Origin: an uncultured Chloroflexia bacterium
Lineage (GTDB): Bacteria; Chloroflexota; Anaerolineae; CG2-30-64-16
Direction: 5' to 3'
NCBI GenBank assembly: GCA_963774265.1
Contig: CAVZDU010000001.1
Location: 608,001-672,000, forward strand
Length of the DNA stretch: 64,000 nucleotides
Made by a program: the position numbers and the translations under genes. Below the pieces are notes generated by a model. The model did not search any database. It saw only the letters and a program-made list of their open reading frames with translations, and had not been told where the DNA came from. Positions 9,999 to 21,913 of this stretch are shown in pieces; position 1 is the first letter of the stretch, and each line of letters starts with the position of its first letter.

Positions 9999-11110
9999 AT
10001 GCGCATCGAACAGATCACCCTCCATCATCTTCGCATGCCCTTGGTGGCGCCGTTCGAGACCTCGTTCGGCCGTATCACCGATCGGGAGTGCATCCTGATC
10101 CTGATTGCGTCCGAAGGTTTGATCGGCTACGGTGAATGCACGGCTGATCGCAACCCCGGCTACGCCTACGAAACGACTGGGACCGCCTGGCACATCCTGA
10201 ACGATTTCCTATGCCCCGCGATTTTGGGGCAGGATGTCGCCGGTCCGGCGGATTATCGGGGGCGCGTTGCGGGTGTGCGCGGGCATCCGATGGCCAAGGC
10301 CGGCTTGGAGATGGCGCTGTGGGATTTGCTCGGCAAACGCGAAGGGCGGTCATTGCAGGACTTGCTCGGTGGGAGCCGCGAACGCGTGGATGTGGGTGTG
10401 TCAGTCGGGCTCCAGGCATCGCCTCAGGCGCTGGTCGGGACGATCGACCGCTACCTGGAGCAAGGGTACCGGCGCATCAAGATCAAGATCAAGCCGGGTC
10501 GGGACGTGGAGGATGCCCGCACAGTGCGGTCAGCATTCCCTGATATTCGGCTGCAGGTCGACGCGAACTCGGCCTACACACTCGAAACCGCTGGCGTGCT
10601 GGCGCCTCTCGACGACCTGGACCTGCTCCTGATCGAGCAGCCGCTCTCGGAGGACGACATCTGGGATCACCGCCAGCTTCAGGCTCGGCTGCGCACGCCG
10701 ATTTGCCTGGACGAGAGCATCCTGACCGCTCGCCACGCGCGCCAGGCGATCGAGATGGGGGCGTGCCGGGTGATCAACATCAAGGCCGGCCGCGTCGGAG
10801 GGCTGGCCGAGGCTGTCGCGGTGCACGACGTCTGCCGCGTTCGCGATATCCCCGTTTGGTGCGGCGGAATGCTCGAGACGGGCGTCGGCCGCGCCGCGAA
10901 CCTTGCGCTCGCCAGTCTGCCGGGCTTCACCTTGCCCGGCGACATCTCGGCCTCAGATCGTTACTACCGCGCGACATCACCCGCGAGCGTTTTGCGCTCA
11001 ACGACGATAGCACCATCACGGTCCCGCGGGGCGTGGGCCTGGGGGTGGAGCTGGACATGACAGCCGTGCGTGATTTTGCGCTGCGTTCGACCGTGCTGGG
11101 CCCCGCGTAG
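9999..11110 (+). CDS. menC: N-succinylamino-acid racemase / o-succinylbenzoate synthase (enolase superfamily); frameshift near 10970
   Basis: PFETSFG, KIKIKPG, VDAN, IEQPL, CLDES, NIKAGRVGG, WCGGMLE, PGDISAS. Confidence 0.88.
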
Positions 11111-11138
11111 GCCGGGGGCGCATGGGTGAAGGGTGTGA

Positions 11139-11153
11139 AGGTGCCCGGCACCT
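11139..11153. repeat. short palindrome aggtgcc-c-ggcacct
   Basis: between convergent genes; gtgcc/ggcac core shared with 43294-43326. Confidence 0.45.
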
Positions 11154-11172
11154 CTGGGTCGTCTCCTTGCTG

Positions 11173-12225
11173 TCAATCAAACAACCGCTCGAATGGAATT
11201 TCGACCTTCGCCTCTTCGGTGATCACCCGGCATAACATTCGCAGCAGCGGAAGTTCGTGCTTGCCGATGCGCCCCTGTCGCTCCCACTCGGGCAGCACCT
11301 GGGCCATCTGCTTGACGATGTACGCGCCTTCCAGCGTCTCCCCGACCATCTCGAGCACCGCCTCGGTGTAGGTGAGCCCGGCGCCGAGCAGCCGGCCCAA
11401 GCGGATCGTCCTTCCTCCCACGCAGGTCACGTACTGGTCGCCCACGCCCGGCAGCCACGGCACATTTTCGATGCCGCCGCCGAGCAGGTCAACGACGCGC
11501 GACATCTCTCGCGCGCTCGCGCCAAACAGCGCAGCCGCCAGGTTGTGCATGGATGCGCCGGCATTGTCCGGCCCACCATCGAGGTCGAGCCGGCCCGTGG
11601 CCATACCGATGGCGATCGTATAGGCGTTTTTCAGTGCGGCGCAGGTTTCCACGCCTACAATATCGGTCGAGGTCCAAATGTGGTAGTAATTGGTCGCGAA
11701 AGTGGCGCGCAGGCGGCTCAGCGCAGGAGCATCCCGGCCCGTGAAAACCACACAACTTTGCCGCCGCCCGGCGAGCTCACCAGCGATGCAAGGCCCGGCA
11801 ATGGCCGACAGGGTGACCTGATCGCGGATCTTCTCAGGCAATTCGTCGCGCAGCAGGTCGGGCAGGATGCGCAACCCGCCGTTTGCGCCCGCCTCCAGTC
11901 CCTTGGTGACCGCGAGGATCGTCGCGCCCGGCCACAGGACTGGGCCGAGTGTGCGCGCGATCCAGTGCACGCCCGGTGAACTCACGCCGCTGACGATGAC
12001 ATCCGCGCCATCCAATGCCTTCGGCAGCTCCTCGAGGTAGTACGGCGTTACCCTGCTCGGCAGGCGCCGCCGCAGCTTTGGGTGGTAGCCACTGTCGAGG
12101 CACGAGCGAATGATCGCCGCATCCAGGTGCGTGCCGACCAATCGCACGTCGTGGCCGTTATCTGCCAACGGCCACGTGACCGCCGTGCCCATGAGCCCCG
12201 CGCCGAGGATCGTAATAATTGCCAT
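11173..12225 (-). CDS. NAD(P)H-dependent glycerol-3-phosphate dehydrogenase-family protein (divergent GpsA-like)
   Basis: GAGLMG, VTKGLE, AGPCIAGE, GVETCAALKN, VGDQYVTC, LEG. Confidence 0.8.
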   Translation of the reverse strand: MAIITILGAGLMGTAVTWPLADNGHDVRLVGTHLDAAIIRSCLDSGYHPKLRRRLPSRVTPYYLEELPKALDGADVIVSGVSSPGVHWIARTLGPVLWPGATILAVTKGLEAGANGGLRILPDLLRDELPEKIRDQVTLSAIAGPCIAGELAGRRQSCVVFTGRDAPALSRLRATFATNYYHIWTSTDIVGVETCAALKNAYTIAIGMATGRLDLDGGPDNAGASMHNLAAALFGASAREMSRVVDLLGGGIENVPWLPGVGDQYVTCVGGRTIRLGRLLGAGLTYTEAVLEMVGETLEGAYIVKQMAQVLPEWERQGRIGKHELPLLRMLCRVITEEAKVEIPFERLFD

Positions 12226-12253
12226 GCTTGCCCGCTCCGTAATGTATGATCTT

Positions 12254-12577
12254 TTACGACACGTTTGCGCTGAGCACCTCCTCTGAGATAAAGAACTGTG
12301 GTTCCGAGATTCGCTCCAGCGACACGGCCAGTTCTGCCTGGTATGTCGGGTCGAAGAACGACTTTTCGAAGGTTGCCATGTCGGGGAAGTATGCCTCGGT
12401 CATGTACCGATAGGTCGTCTCCGCCTCCGGCCAACCTCGCCGTATCACGTAGAAGTCACTCTTAATGAGTCCAGGCATCGCCATATTGTCGCGCTGGTGC
12501 TCAGTCGTGCGCCAGTTGAGAAACGCCTCATGGTCCGCACCCGGAGGCAACGTGTAAATCACCGTCAGCTTGATCAT
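12254..12577 (-). CDS. EthD-like dimeric alpha-beta barrel protein
   Basis: MIKLTVIY..AFLNW..H..MPGL..YRYMTEAYF pattern. Confidence 0.65.
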   Translation of the reverse strand: MIKLTVIYTLPPGADHEAFLNWRTTEHQRDNMAMPGLIKSDFYVIRRGWPEAETTYRYMTEAYFPDMATFEKSFFDPTYQAELAVSLERISEPQFFISEEVLSANVS

Positions 12578-14346
12578 CTGGTCCTCTCCTTATGTTGACT
12601 TACTCGCTGTGCCCGCAAGACCACCGTGGCCGCGCGATCGACGGTCCCATTGCTCCGATCTACCACCACCCCATAGAGCCGTGCAGCGTCCTCGGATGAC
12701 AGCAAGTCCGCCCGCAAGTCCGTTTCCACCAGGTCGATGTCTCGCTCCAGTGGATCACCGTAGCCGCCGCCTACTCCCGTGACGAGGCGGGCTACATCCC
12801 CACGCGCCAGCGGGTAACGCGCCAATTTACCGCGCCATATGACCGGCTCTTCTACTCCCAACTTTTTCACGGCTACACCGTTGGGCGAGCCTTCCATCCC
12901 CTCGGCATCCCCCCACGGTGGATAGCGGTGCCGGCCGAATGTAGTCGTCAATGTCGCGCTTTCGCACAACACCCGGTACTCGCGCACCAGTCCGAATCCA
13001 CCCCGGTGCCTTCCTGCACCTGCGGGCGCGGTGTTAAACTCATATCGCTCCACAAGCAGCGGGTAGCGTCCCTCACATACCTCGACGGGCATGACATATG
13101 TCTCCCCATCGCCGACGGGCACCATGGCGCTCGTGCCATCGCGCGTCGCAGTCGCGCCCCAGCCACCGGCCTGTGGTTCAACCATGATGAAGGTCTTCCC
13201 GTCCTCGTCCTGGCCGCTGATAATGGTGCCGCACACGCTCAGGTGATGTCCCGCGCTCAGCCGATCGGGCAGCGCCGGGAAGAGCGCGCGCCAGATCAAG
13301 TCCACCGCGTAGGCGCCTGTCTCCCAATACGTCGACACTGGCGCGGGGCGGCGGGCAGTGAAGATCGTCCCCTCGGGACAGACCACCTGAAGTGGACGGA
13401 ACCATCCCTCATTCACGGGCGCTTGCGGGTCTGTAATTGCCTTGAACATGGTGCGGCAGGCTGAGTGTAGTCGGGTGCGGGTGCAGTTCACCGGCCCGCG
13501 CACCTGCTGCGCTGAGCCCGTGTAATCCGCGATGAATGCATCCGGCGTGATGTGCACGTTAACGCATACGTAGATTGGATCAGCGCTCAGCCCGTCGTCG
13601 TCGATCCACTCCTCGGCGAAGTATGATCCATGCGGCAACTCCGCCAATGCTTGCCGTGCGAGTTGTTCGCCGTGCTCCAGGATAGTTGCCACGCTCTCCC
13701 GGAATGCTGCCAAGCCATAGCGTTGGCAGATTTCGATCACTCGGCGTTCACCGCTGCGCAAGCTGGCAACACCGGCATAGAGGTCGCCCAGCGTCCGCTC
13801 CGGCGTCCGAACGTTCGCCGCAATCAGGTCGATGAGGCTATCGATCGGTCGCCCCCCTTCGTAGAGTCGGATTGCGGGGAACTGCAACCCCTCCTGGTAA
13901 ATCTCTGTGCTATCGGTGGTCCAACTCCCCGCGGCCATCCCGCCCACCTCGGTCCAGTGCGCCTTGTTTACACTGAAGGCCACGATCTGATTCTCGACGA
14001 AGATGGGCGCAATCAAAGCCACATCCGAGAGGTGGTTGCCGCCACCGATGAAAGGATCATTCGTCATGAAGATGTCGCCCGGCGCCATCCGGTCGAGCGA
14101 GTGCTTCTCCACGATCGCCTTAACTGCAAATGTCAGAGTTCCCAGGAATCCCGGCACCCCATTAGCTTGCGCGATGAGGTCGCCCACCGGGTCCGTCAGC
14201 GCACATGCGTAGTCCAGCACCTCGTAGATAATGGGGCTCTGGCTGCTGCGGCCCAGGGTGATAAAGCTCTCCTCCGCGGCCGCAATGAGCTGTTCCCGGA
14301 TGATCTCAATGGTGAACGGATCCGTCTTCACTTCAGCAGACCCCAC
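12574..14346 (-). CDS. hyuB: hydantoinase B / oxoprolinase subunit (copy 2)
   Basis: DPFTIEII, SPIIYEVLD, NDPF.GGNHLSD, HWTEVGG, EIYQEG, GGGYGDP. Confidence 0.9.
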   Translation of the reverse strand: MGSAEVKTDPFTIEIIREQLIAAAEESFITLGRSSQSPIIYEVLDYACALTDPVGDLIAQANGVPGFLGTLTFAVKAIVEKHSLDRMAPGDIFMTNDPFIGGGNHLSDVALIAPIFVENQIVAFSVNKAHWTEVGGMAAGSWTTDSTEIYQEGLQFPAIRLYEGGRPIDSLIDLIAANVRTPERTLGDLYAGVASLRSGERRVIEICQRYGLAAFRESVATILEHGEQLARQALAELPHGSYFAEEWIDDDGLSADPIYVCVNVHITPDAFIADYTGSAQQVRGPVNCTRTRLHSACRTMFKAITDPQAPVNEGWFRPLQVVCPEGTIFTARRPAPVSTYWETGAYAVDLIWRALFPALPDRLSAGHHLSVCGTIISGQDEDGKTFIMVEPQAGGWGATATRDGTSAMVPVGDGETYVMPVEVCEGRYPLLVERYEFNTAPAGAGRHRGGFGLVREYRVLCESATLTTTFGRHRYPPWGDAEGMEGSPNGVAVKKLGVEEPVIWRGKLARYPLARGDVARLVTGVGGGYGDPLERDIDLVETDLRADLLSSEDAARLYGVVVDRSNGTVDRAATVVLRAQRVSQHKERTR

Positions 14347-15068
14347 ATATCCACCTCATGCTGCGGCGGCGCTTCGCTGCCCCAACGCCGGCTCGGGTGC
14401 CAGCCAAAGCGCGCGGCTGTGTCGGCGAGCATCTCCGCGTATTTAAATGGCGCCAGCACCGCGTCGATCACGGGCACCCCCAATGTGTCCTGCATTTGCC
14501 GATGGAACCCGTACTCCGCAGTACAGCCCAGAATCAGCACCTCAGCGCCATCTTCTTCCACGGCCTTGCGTCCCTCTGTCAACAGCCGACTGCAAGTCCG
14601 CTGGTGATCCGCCTGGAAATCATGGACACCCAGGTCCAATGGCCGCATAGAGGCTAGCTGATGGCTGTGGCCGTACAAGCGAACATTTTCGCTCATCTTT
14701 GGGATCCATTTGCGGCGGCCCACCAGCACTGAGAAGCGATTGCCCAGATTGCTCGCGATGGCTGTAGCGGATTGGCACGGTGCGGTTACGATGGCGCGGC
14801 CCGACACCTCGCGTGCCTCGCGCAAACCGACGTCGTAAAAGCAGCCGATCACGACCGCGTCATGTGTGCTGGCCGCCTTATAGGTCAGCCGCACGATGTC
14901 CGCCACCACCAGGCCTTCGTACGCGTGGTACTCCAGGTGTTGTGGTCGCCCTGCCGGCAGCGAGATCACGTCCACCTGGCAGTCGGATCGTGCAGCCGCC
15001 GAGAGCATCTTTTGCGTGTCGGCGTCGAACAATGTCGCGCCCACTGGGTTAATCCACAGGATACGCAT
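14328..15068 (-). CDS. hydantoin racemase (Asp/Glu/hydantoin racemase family)
   Basis: MRILWINP, IGCFYD, ILGCT (two catalytic Cys), VPVID. Confidence 0.88.
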   Translation of the reverse strand: MRILWINPVGATLFDADTQKMLSAAARSDCQVDVISLPAGRPQHLEYHAYEGLVVADIVRLTYKAASTHDAVVIGCFYDVGLREAREVSGRAIVTAPCQSATAIASNLGNRFSVLVGRRKWIPKMSENVRLYGHSHQLASMRPLDLGVHDFQADHQRTCSRLLTEGRKAVEEDGAEVLILGCTAEYGFHRQMQDTLGVPVIDAVLAPFKYAEMLADTAARFGWHPSRRWGSEAPPQHEVDMWGLLK

Positions 15069-15091
15069 CGTGGCTCCTCCGTCCGCGTCGC

Positions 15092-17136
15092 TCAAGCAGG
15101 TTCGATATGCAGGAAACCGTAACCGTCACGGCGTATGTGCTGGCCCGGGAAGACCACGGTTGTTGATGCTGGCTCCTCAATTACCAGTGGGCCCTCCAAC
15201 GCGACGTCGAGAGGCAAGAGATCGCGTTCATAGATTGCCGCGTCCTGGAAACCCAACTCGTCGAAGTTCACCCGCCGCACCCCCTTGTGCGCAGCCGCCA
15301 GGCTCATCTCCCCTCCCGGCACTTGCCGCAGTGCCGGCTTATGGACTCCTCCCCAAGCCGTCAGATGGCAGTTGACGAACTCCACCGGCGACGAGAGCCG
15401 GAAGGCGTAGGTGTGCTCGTGCTCAGCATGGAAGCGCTGCTCGATCTCTGTCATCGCATCCGCAGTGATAACACCACCGGGCAACATCACCTTCACCGTA
15501 TGCTCCTGCCCCAGATAGCGCATGTCGGCGAAGCGTTGGAATACCAATGTTGCGAGCGTTCCGCCCTGGGCGACCAGGTCTCGTGCGGCCTGCGCCTCCA
15601 GGGCGGTATAGATGGCTTCGATATGCTCCGGTGCGATGTGGTCGGTTCGAGTTACGTGCGTTCGAATAATGTCCTGACGAAGGTCCGTCATAAGCATGCC
15701 CCACGCCGAAAAAACGGAGGCATTGGGTGGGATGACCACCTTCCTAACACGCAGCTCGCGCATCAGTGCGGCCGCGTGCATCGCGCCGCCGCCGCCGAAT
15801 GCGACCAACACGAAATCCCGCGGGTCGTACCCCCTTCGCACCGATACCAGTTTGAGCGCGTTAATCATGCTCGCGTCCGCCAATCGGATCACGCCCATAG
15901 CCATGTCTTCCACACTGATCCGAAACGCTGCTGCGAGCGGCGCGAGTGCATCTCGCGCTTTGTCAACGTCCAACGGGATTTCACCGCCCAGAAAGTAGGC
16001 TGGGTTAATGCGCCCGCGATCACATTGGCGTCGGTCACGGTTGGTTGCGTGCCACCCCAGTTGTAGCAAGCAGGACCAGGGTCCGCGCCCGCGCTCACCG
16101 GGCCGACGCGCAGCGCGCCCGCCTTGTCGATCCAGGCGATGGATCCGCCGCCTGCACCGATCTCCACAATATCCACAGTAGGAACGAGGATGGGATATCC
16201 GGCGAAGAATGGCGTGTGGCCAATCTTGTAGCTGGTGGTGATCCGGGGGACGCCGCTTTCGATTAGCGAGGTTTTTGCCGTGGTGCCACCGATGTCCAAC
16301 GAGATAACGTTCGGTTCGCCCAACGACTCGCCGATGACTGCAGCGCCAATGACGCCAGCCACGGGTCCGGACTCCACGAGCTTTATTGGCGTTCGGCGGG
16401 CGTCGTCGAAAGTGGTGTTCCCGCCATTCGACTGCATTGCGTGGTAGACCCGGGACATGCCTGCCTTGGACAGGTTAGCTTCCAGGTTGTTGAGGTAGCC
16501 CGCTGCCACGGGCAAGACGTAGCTGTTCAGTACAGCCGTGTTAGTGCGTTCGTACTCGCGCCACTCCTGGGTGATCTCATGTGATAGAGTCACATGCAAG
16601 TCCGGCGCCAGCTCGGCAATGATTTGGCCGCACGCTTGCTCGTGAGCCGGATTGGCGTACGAGTGAAGGAAGCACACGGCGATAGCTGCCACACCCTCCG
16701 CCCGGCACGCCTCTACCGCGGCTCGCACACCTGCGCCATCGAGCGGCACGAGCTCTTCGCCCTGTGCGTTCACCCGTCCGGCCACCTCAAACCGCAGGCG
16801 TCTGGGGACGAACGGCGCCGGTTTGGAGTATTGCAGGTTATAGATGTCGGGGCGATTGGCGCGGCCGATTTCCAGGACATCTCGAAAGCCCTGCGTCGTG
16901 ATAAGTGCGGTCACCGCTCCCTTACGTTCCGTCAGCGCATTGATGATAACCGTGGAACCGTGGACGAAGAAGCTTGTGTCCGCGATGCGGATGCCTGCTT
17001 TACGAAGCGTCTCCATCACGCCCATCGCGAAGTCTCTGGGCGTGGTGGATGCCTTGGCAACCCCCGCCATCCCGGTCGTTTCATCGAGAAAGGCAAGATC
17101 GGAAAAAGTTCCGCCTACGTCGCTGGCTACCCGCAT
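15092..17136 (-). CDS. hyuA: hydantoinase A / oxoprolinase ATP-binding subunit (copy 2); frameshift near 16015
   Basis: DVGGTFSD, HGST, REYERTNT, ESGP, DIGGTT, GAGGGSIA, AFGGGG. Confidence 0.9.
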
Positions 17137-17154
17137 CGCAGTTTCCTCCCGGCC

Positions 17155-18823
17155 TTACCCGCGCGACCCCAGGCCGTATAGCCTCTCCGCCTGCTCTTGG
17201 GTAATGTACCCGTTCTTCACGTCTTCCTTCACCAGCGCAATGTCGCGTTCCATCGGGTTACCCCAGCCCGCTCCGGTCGCAGTCATGACGCGGATGATGT
17301 CGTCCGTGTTGAGCGTCAGCCCACTGACCACCGAGTAGCGTTCCATCTGTCCATTGGCTCTCACAATCTGAATGTGATTCCCCGAGCCCGGTTGGCCGCC
17401 CAACAGCGGCCAGGGCGGAATCCTGTCGCGGGTGTAAGCGACTGTGAGCCAGGCATTGTCGGACTTGATTCGGTAGTCGATGCGCACCCCCTTGCCGCCA
17501 CGATGCTTGCCGGCGCCGCCCTCTTCGTCGTGGAAACTGAGATAATCGACGGTGACGCCATAGCGCGCTTCGGCCACCTCCGCCGGGCAGTTATACGTTT
17601 CGCCGTGCAATCCGCAGAATTGGCCCGAGTTGCCATCGGACACCGGGGACCCGCCCCATCCACCCAGCTCGGGCTCGATTACGGCATACGCACGGCCCGT
17701 GTCGGGATGGACGCCGCCGAACAGCGTGCCGGCCACCGAGGAGAAGCTGCCGGCAGGTAGCCGGTCTGGCATATTTTCAGCCAGGCACCGCCAGATCAGG
17801 TCGTGCAGTCGGATGGTCAGCTCATAATAGATGCCCATCGCCGCAGGAAAGATCGGATCGAACACCGAGCCGCGCCGCGTGAATACTCTGAGCGGTCGGA
17901 ACGTGCCGCCGTTGGCGATGCGCTCGGGCGATGTCACGCCCTTGAATGCGATCTGGCAGGCCACCACGCAATCATCGCGGCTCATGTTGAATGGGCCCTT
18001 GTCCTGATCGGGATTGTCCTGCAAGTCCACGATGAACTGGTCATCGGTGATCTCCACGGTGACATTGTAGAAGACCCCGCTGTCCTGCTCTTCCGACGAG
18101 GCGATACTTGCCCTTCTGGAGCCGGCGCAGCGCGGCCAGGCTGACTTTCTCACCGTAGTCCAGATATTCCTCGACCGCAGCCAGGAACACGTCTTTGCCG
18201 TACTTGTGCACGATCTCCAGCACTCGGCGTTCTCCTACGCGGATCGAGGCCACGCCTGCCCACAGATCTCCGGTCAGGAAATCCGGCATGCGGCAATTGG
18301 ACGTCAGAATATCGAACACCGATCGGATTGGCTGACCGCGCGAGATGAGCTTGATGCCTGGCAGAATCATGCCTTCCTGGAAGATCTCGCTCGCGTTGGT
18401 CGACATGCTGCCCGGCACCATCCCGCCTACGTCGTTCCAGTGCGCGATATTCGCGGTCCACGCGACCAGATCACTGCCATCGAACACCGGCATCACCAGG
18501 ACGACATCGTTCAGGTGGGTGACCCCGCCGTGATATGGATCATTCGTTATGAAAACATCTCCAGGCTCGATTTCACCCGCTTTGGGGTACTTTTCCAGCA
18601 CAGCCTTGACCGTTTTATCCAGCACGCCTACGAAAGCAGGAATGCCTGCACCTGACCCGGCCAGCTCGCCGTTCCGGTCGGTGATGCCGGTGCCCATATC
18701 AAGCACTTCGTAGATGATTGCGCTCATGGCGGTTCGGCGCATCGCGGCGAACATCTCATCGGCCGCTGCCTGCAGCGAGTTCTGGATGATTTCAATGGTG
18801 ATTGGATCGAATTTCGCGTTCAT
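17155..18823 (-). CDS. hyuB: hydantoinase B / oxoprolinase subunit (copy 1); frameshift near 18100
   Basis: DPITIEII, NDPYHGGVTHLND, HWNDVGG, EIFQEG, GAGWGNP. Confidence 0.9.
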
Positions 18824-18835
18824 GGTGTCCTCCCC

Positions 18836-20887
18836 TCACTGAGCAGACGCGATACAGTAGTTGCCGTAATCATCGATGTAGCAGGACAGGGCGGGCGGAA
18901 TGACCACGGTCGTGCCCGACTCCTCGATGATCGCTGGACCGTTGAAACGCATGCCAGGTCCCAGTAGATCGCCATCATAGAGCGTTGCCGTATGAATGCC
19001 AGCGTCGGCAAAGTCCACCTCACGGTGACCCTTGACCGCCTCCTCGGTCGTATGACCGTTCGCCGGCACCTTCTGCGGGTTGAGCTTGTCCACTTCGGCG
19101 ATTGCGATGAGATGGTAGCACACCAGCTCCACGGGCGCGGTCAGGCGATACGTGTACTCTCGCTCGTAGTTGCTATGGAAATACTCCAGGATACTCACCA
19201 GCCGCTCGGCCGTGATCTCGCCTGCAGGCAGCTCGATCTCGGTGGAGTGCTCTTGATTCTGGTAGCGGCACCGGCCGTAACGTAGGAAGTGCACGCGTGA
19301 TCGGTCGATGTCTTCGGCCTCGAATTCCTGATACGCCTTCTCCTCGAGTGCATCCAACGTCGCATTGATCTGCGCAGCTGATTCCGGCGTGGTCATCTCC
19401 ACGATTTGGGTTTGCAGATAGTCGCGGCGTAGGTCGCTGAGCAACATACCCCATGCAGAGAAGACGCCCGACTGCTTTGGGATAATCACCTTCCTGATGC
19501 CCAGTTCCTTGGCCAGCGCTGCCGCGTGCATACCGCCACCGCCCCCAAATGCGACCAGCGTAAAGTCGCGCGGGTCGTGCCCTCGGTTGACCGAGATGAG
19601 TTTGATGGCATTCACCATGTTATTGTTCGCGATGCGGAGGATGCCGCGCGCAGCTTCCTGCCGGCTCGTGCTCAATGTTGTGGCTAACCTGTCTAGTGCG
19701 ATATCCACCGCGGCCATGTCGGCCACGATGGTGCCGCCGCAGAAGTAGTTCGGATTGATGCAGCCGAGCGCGAGGTTGGCATCCGTTGTGGTCGCTTCCG
19801 TCCCGCCCGCGCCGTAAGATACCGGCCCAGGAACTGCGCCTGCGCTCTGTGGTCCTACGTGCAATCGGTGAAACGCATCCACCCACGCGATAGATCCACC
19901 GCCATTACCAATTTCCACCAGGTCAACTACGGGCACCATTACCGGGTAGCCAGCCGACGTCTCTGTATGCTCGACCAGGTAGTTTGTGTTGAGCTTGACG
20001 TGCCCGCCGGTAATCAACCCACACTTGGCCGTCGTGCCACCGATGTCGATAGCAATCACATCCGGCTCACCGATCAGGCGCCCCAGCGCGGCTGCACCCC
20101 AGATACCGCTGGCCGGTCCCGATTCGATCATTGTGATCGGGATCTGCCGGGCGTTTTTCACGGTATCCACACCGCAGTTGGACTGCATGATGTAAGGGGT
20201 GCACCGCATGCCGGACTGCTCCAGGCGGTTGGTCAGGTCATCCAGGTAACGGTGCGCGATAGGCTGGACGTACGCGGACAACACCGCAGTGTTGGTGCGT
20301 TCGTACTCCCGCCACTCGCGCGTGATTTGATGCGATGCAACCACCGATGCTTCAGGCCATAGAGCTTTCACCTGAGCCAGTGCTTCTTCTTCATGGGCAG
20401 GATTAGCGTAGGAATTGAGGAAACAAATGGCGACTGCCTCGACGCCATCGGCCTGGAAATCAGCGAGGATCGCCGGCAGCACCGATAGGTCGAGCGGGCT
20501 TGTCTCGACGCCCTTGTAGTTGATACGGCCCGGCAGCTCGCGGCGCAGATAGCGCGGCACGATGGGCTTCGGTTTGCGGTACTCCAGGTTGAAGTAGTCG
20601 GGGCGGTTGCCGCGGCCAATCTCCAACACATCGCGGAAGCCTTCGCTCGTCAAGAGCGCCGCCTTGGCACCCTTCCGCTCAGTGATGGCGTTGATGACGA
20701 TTGTCGTGCCGTGCACAAAGGACACGAAATCCTGGGGGCGGATGTGGCTGGCGTCGATGACATCCATCACGCCCTTTTCGAACTGGCCGGGCGTCGTGTG
20801 GCTCTTCGCCGTGCCCACAACCCCGTCTGATGTCACGTACACGAGGTCCGTGAAGGTTCCTCCGATATCGGTGGCAACCCTGAGCAT
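18836..20887 (-). CDS. hyuA: hydantoinase A / oxoprolinase ATP-binding subunit (copy 1)
   Basis: DIGGTFTD, HGTT, REYERTNT, ESGP, DIGGTT, AFGGGG. Confidence 0.92.
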   Translation of the reverse strand: MLRVATDIGGTFTDLVYVTSDGVVGTAKSHTTPGQFEKGVMDVIDASHIRPQDFVSFVHGTTIVINAITERKGAKAALLTSEGFRDVLEIGRGNRPDYFNLEYRKPKPIVPRYLRRELPGRINYKGVETSPLDLSVLPAILADFQADGVEAVAICFLNSYANPAHEEEALAQVKALWPEASVVASHQITREWREYERTNTAVLSAYVQPIAHRYLDDLTNRLEQSGMRCTPYIMQSNCGVDTVKNARQIPITMIESGPASGIWGAAALGRLIGEPDVIAIDIGGTTAKCGLITGGHVKLNTNYLVEHTETSAGYPVMVPVVDLVEIGNGGGSIAWVDAFHRLHVGPQSAGAVPGPVSYGAGGTEATTTDANLALGCINPNYFCGGTIVADMAAVDIALDRLATTLSTSRQEAARGILRIANNNMVNAIKLISVNRGHDPRDFTLVAFGGGGGMHAAALAKELGIRKVIIPKQSGVFSAWGMLLSDLRRDYLQTQIVEMTTPESAAQINATLDALEEKAYQEFEAEDIDRSRVHFLRYGRCRYQNQEHSTEIELPAGEITAERLVSILEYFHSNYEREYTYRLTAPVELVCYHLIAIAEVDKLNPQKVPANGHTTEEAVKGHREVDFADAGIHTATLYDGDLLGPGMRFNGPAIIEESGTTVVIPPALSCYIDDYGNYCIASAQ

Positions 20888-20901
20888 AAGCCTTCCTCCG
20901 A

Positions 20902-21913
20902 TCAAATGGTTTGAAGTGTGGTTGACTGTGTGAAAAGATGGCAACGGACTATGTGGTCCCTGCCTGCCTGGACCATCACTGGGTCCACGGTCGTACAGAC
21001 ATCCATCTTCATGGGACAGCGGGTGTGGAAGCTGCAACCGGACGGTATGTTTACAGGGCTTGGAATCTCGCCCGTGGAGATGATTTTCTTCGGTTTGAAC
21101 TGCTCCTCCATCTCAGAGATGACCGGGATGGCACTTAGCAGCATTTGCGTGTACGGGTGCAGCGGATTGCGGAAGAAATCGATCGTTTCCGCGATTTCGC
21201 AGATTCGACCCAAGTACATAATTGCCACCCGCGACGCCACGTTGCGCATCAGGCTCAAGTCGTGGGTGATGAAGAGATATGACAGGTTGAATTCCCGCTG
21301 CAACTGCATCAGCAGATTGATGATTTTGCCCTGGATGGACACGTCCAGGGCTGACGTCGGCTCGTCCAAAATGACGAAGCGTGGGCTGGTAGCCAGTGCG
21401 CGGGCGATCGAGACCATCTGCTTTTCGCCGCCACCCAGCATCTGCGGATACTTGTACATCGTGTCCGGTGCCAGCCCCACCTCTTCCAGCAGCCGGATCG
21501 ACTCTTCCAGCCGGTTGACGTCGGGCCGGTGTAGCCGCAACGGTACTTCCAGAAGTTGTTTGACGCTGTGTCGCGGGTTCAACGAGGAACCAGGATCCTG
21601 GAAGACAATCTGAATTCCCTTGCGGAGCGCCATGGGGCGCACTTTGGCCGCGAACAGACTCCTGTCCCTGGAACGCGATCGTTCCTTCGGTCGGCCGGTA
21701 CATGCCAATGGTGGTATACGCCACCGTGCTCTTGCCCGAGCCAGATTCGCCGACCAGGCCGAACGTCTCTCCCTCGCGCACCGCAAACGAGATGCCCTCG
21801 ACTGCTTTGACGGTGATCGGCTCTCGTTTCGCCGTACCTTTGTGTCCGATCACGAAATACTTCTTGAGATTGTTGACAGTCAGGATGTCGGGAGCTACAA
21901 CGTCCATCTTCAT
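20902..21913 (-). CDS. oligopeptide-family ABC ATPase (DppF/OppF-like); frameshifted near 21660
   Basis: GESGSGKST, QIVFQDP, LGGGEKQ, LDEPTSALD, HPYT, C-terminal CSFHTRCP. Confidence 0.88.
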
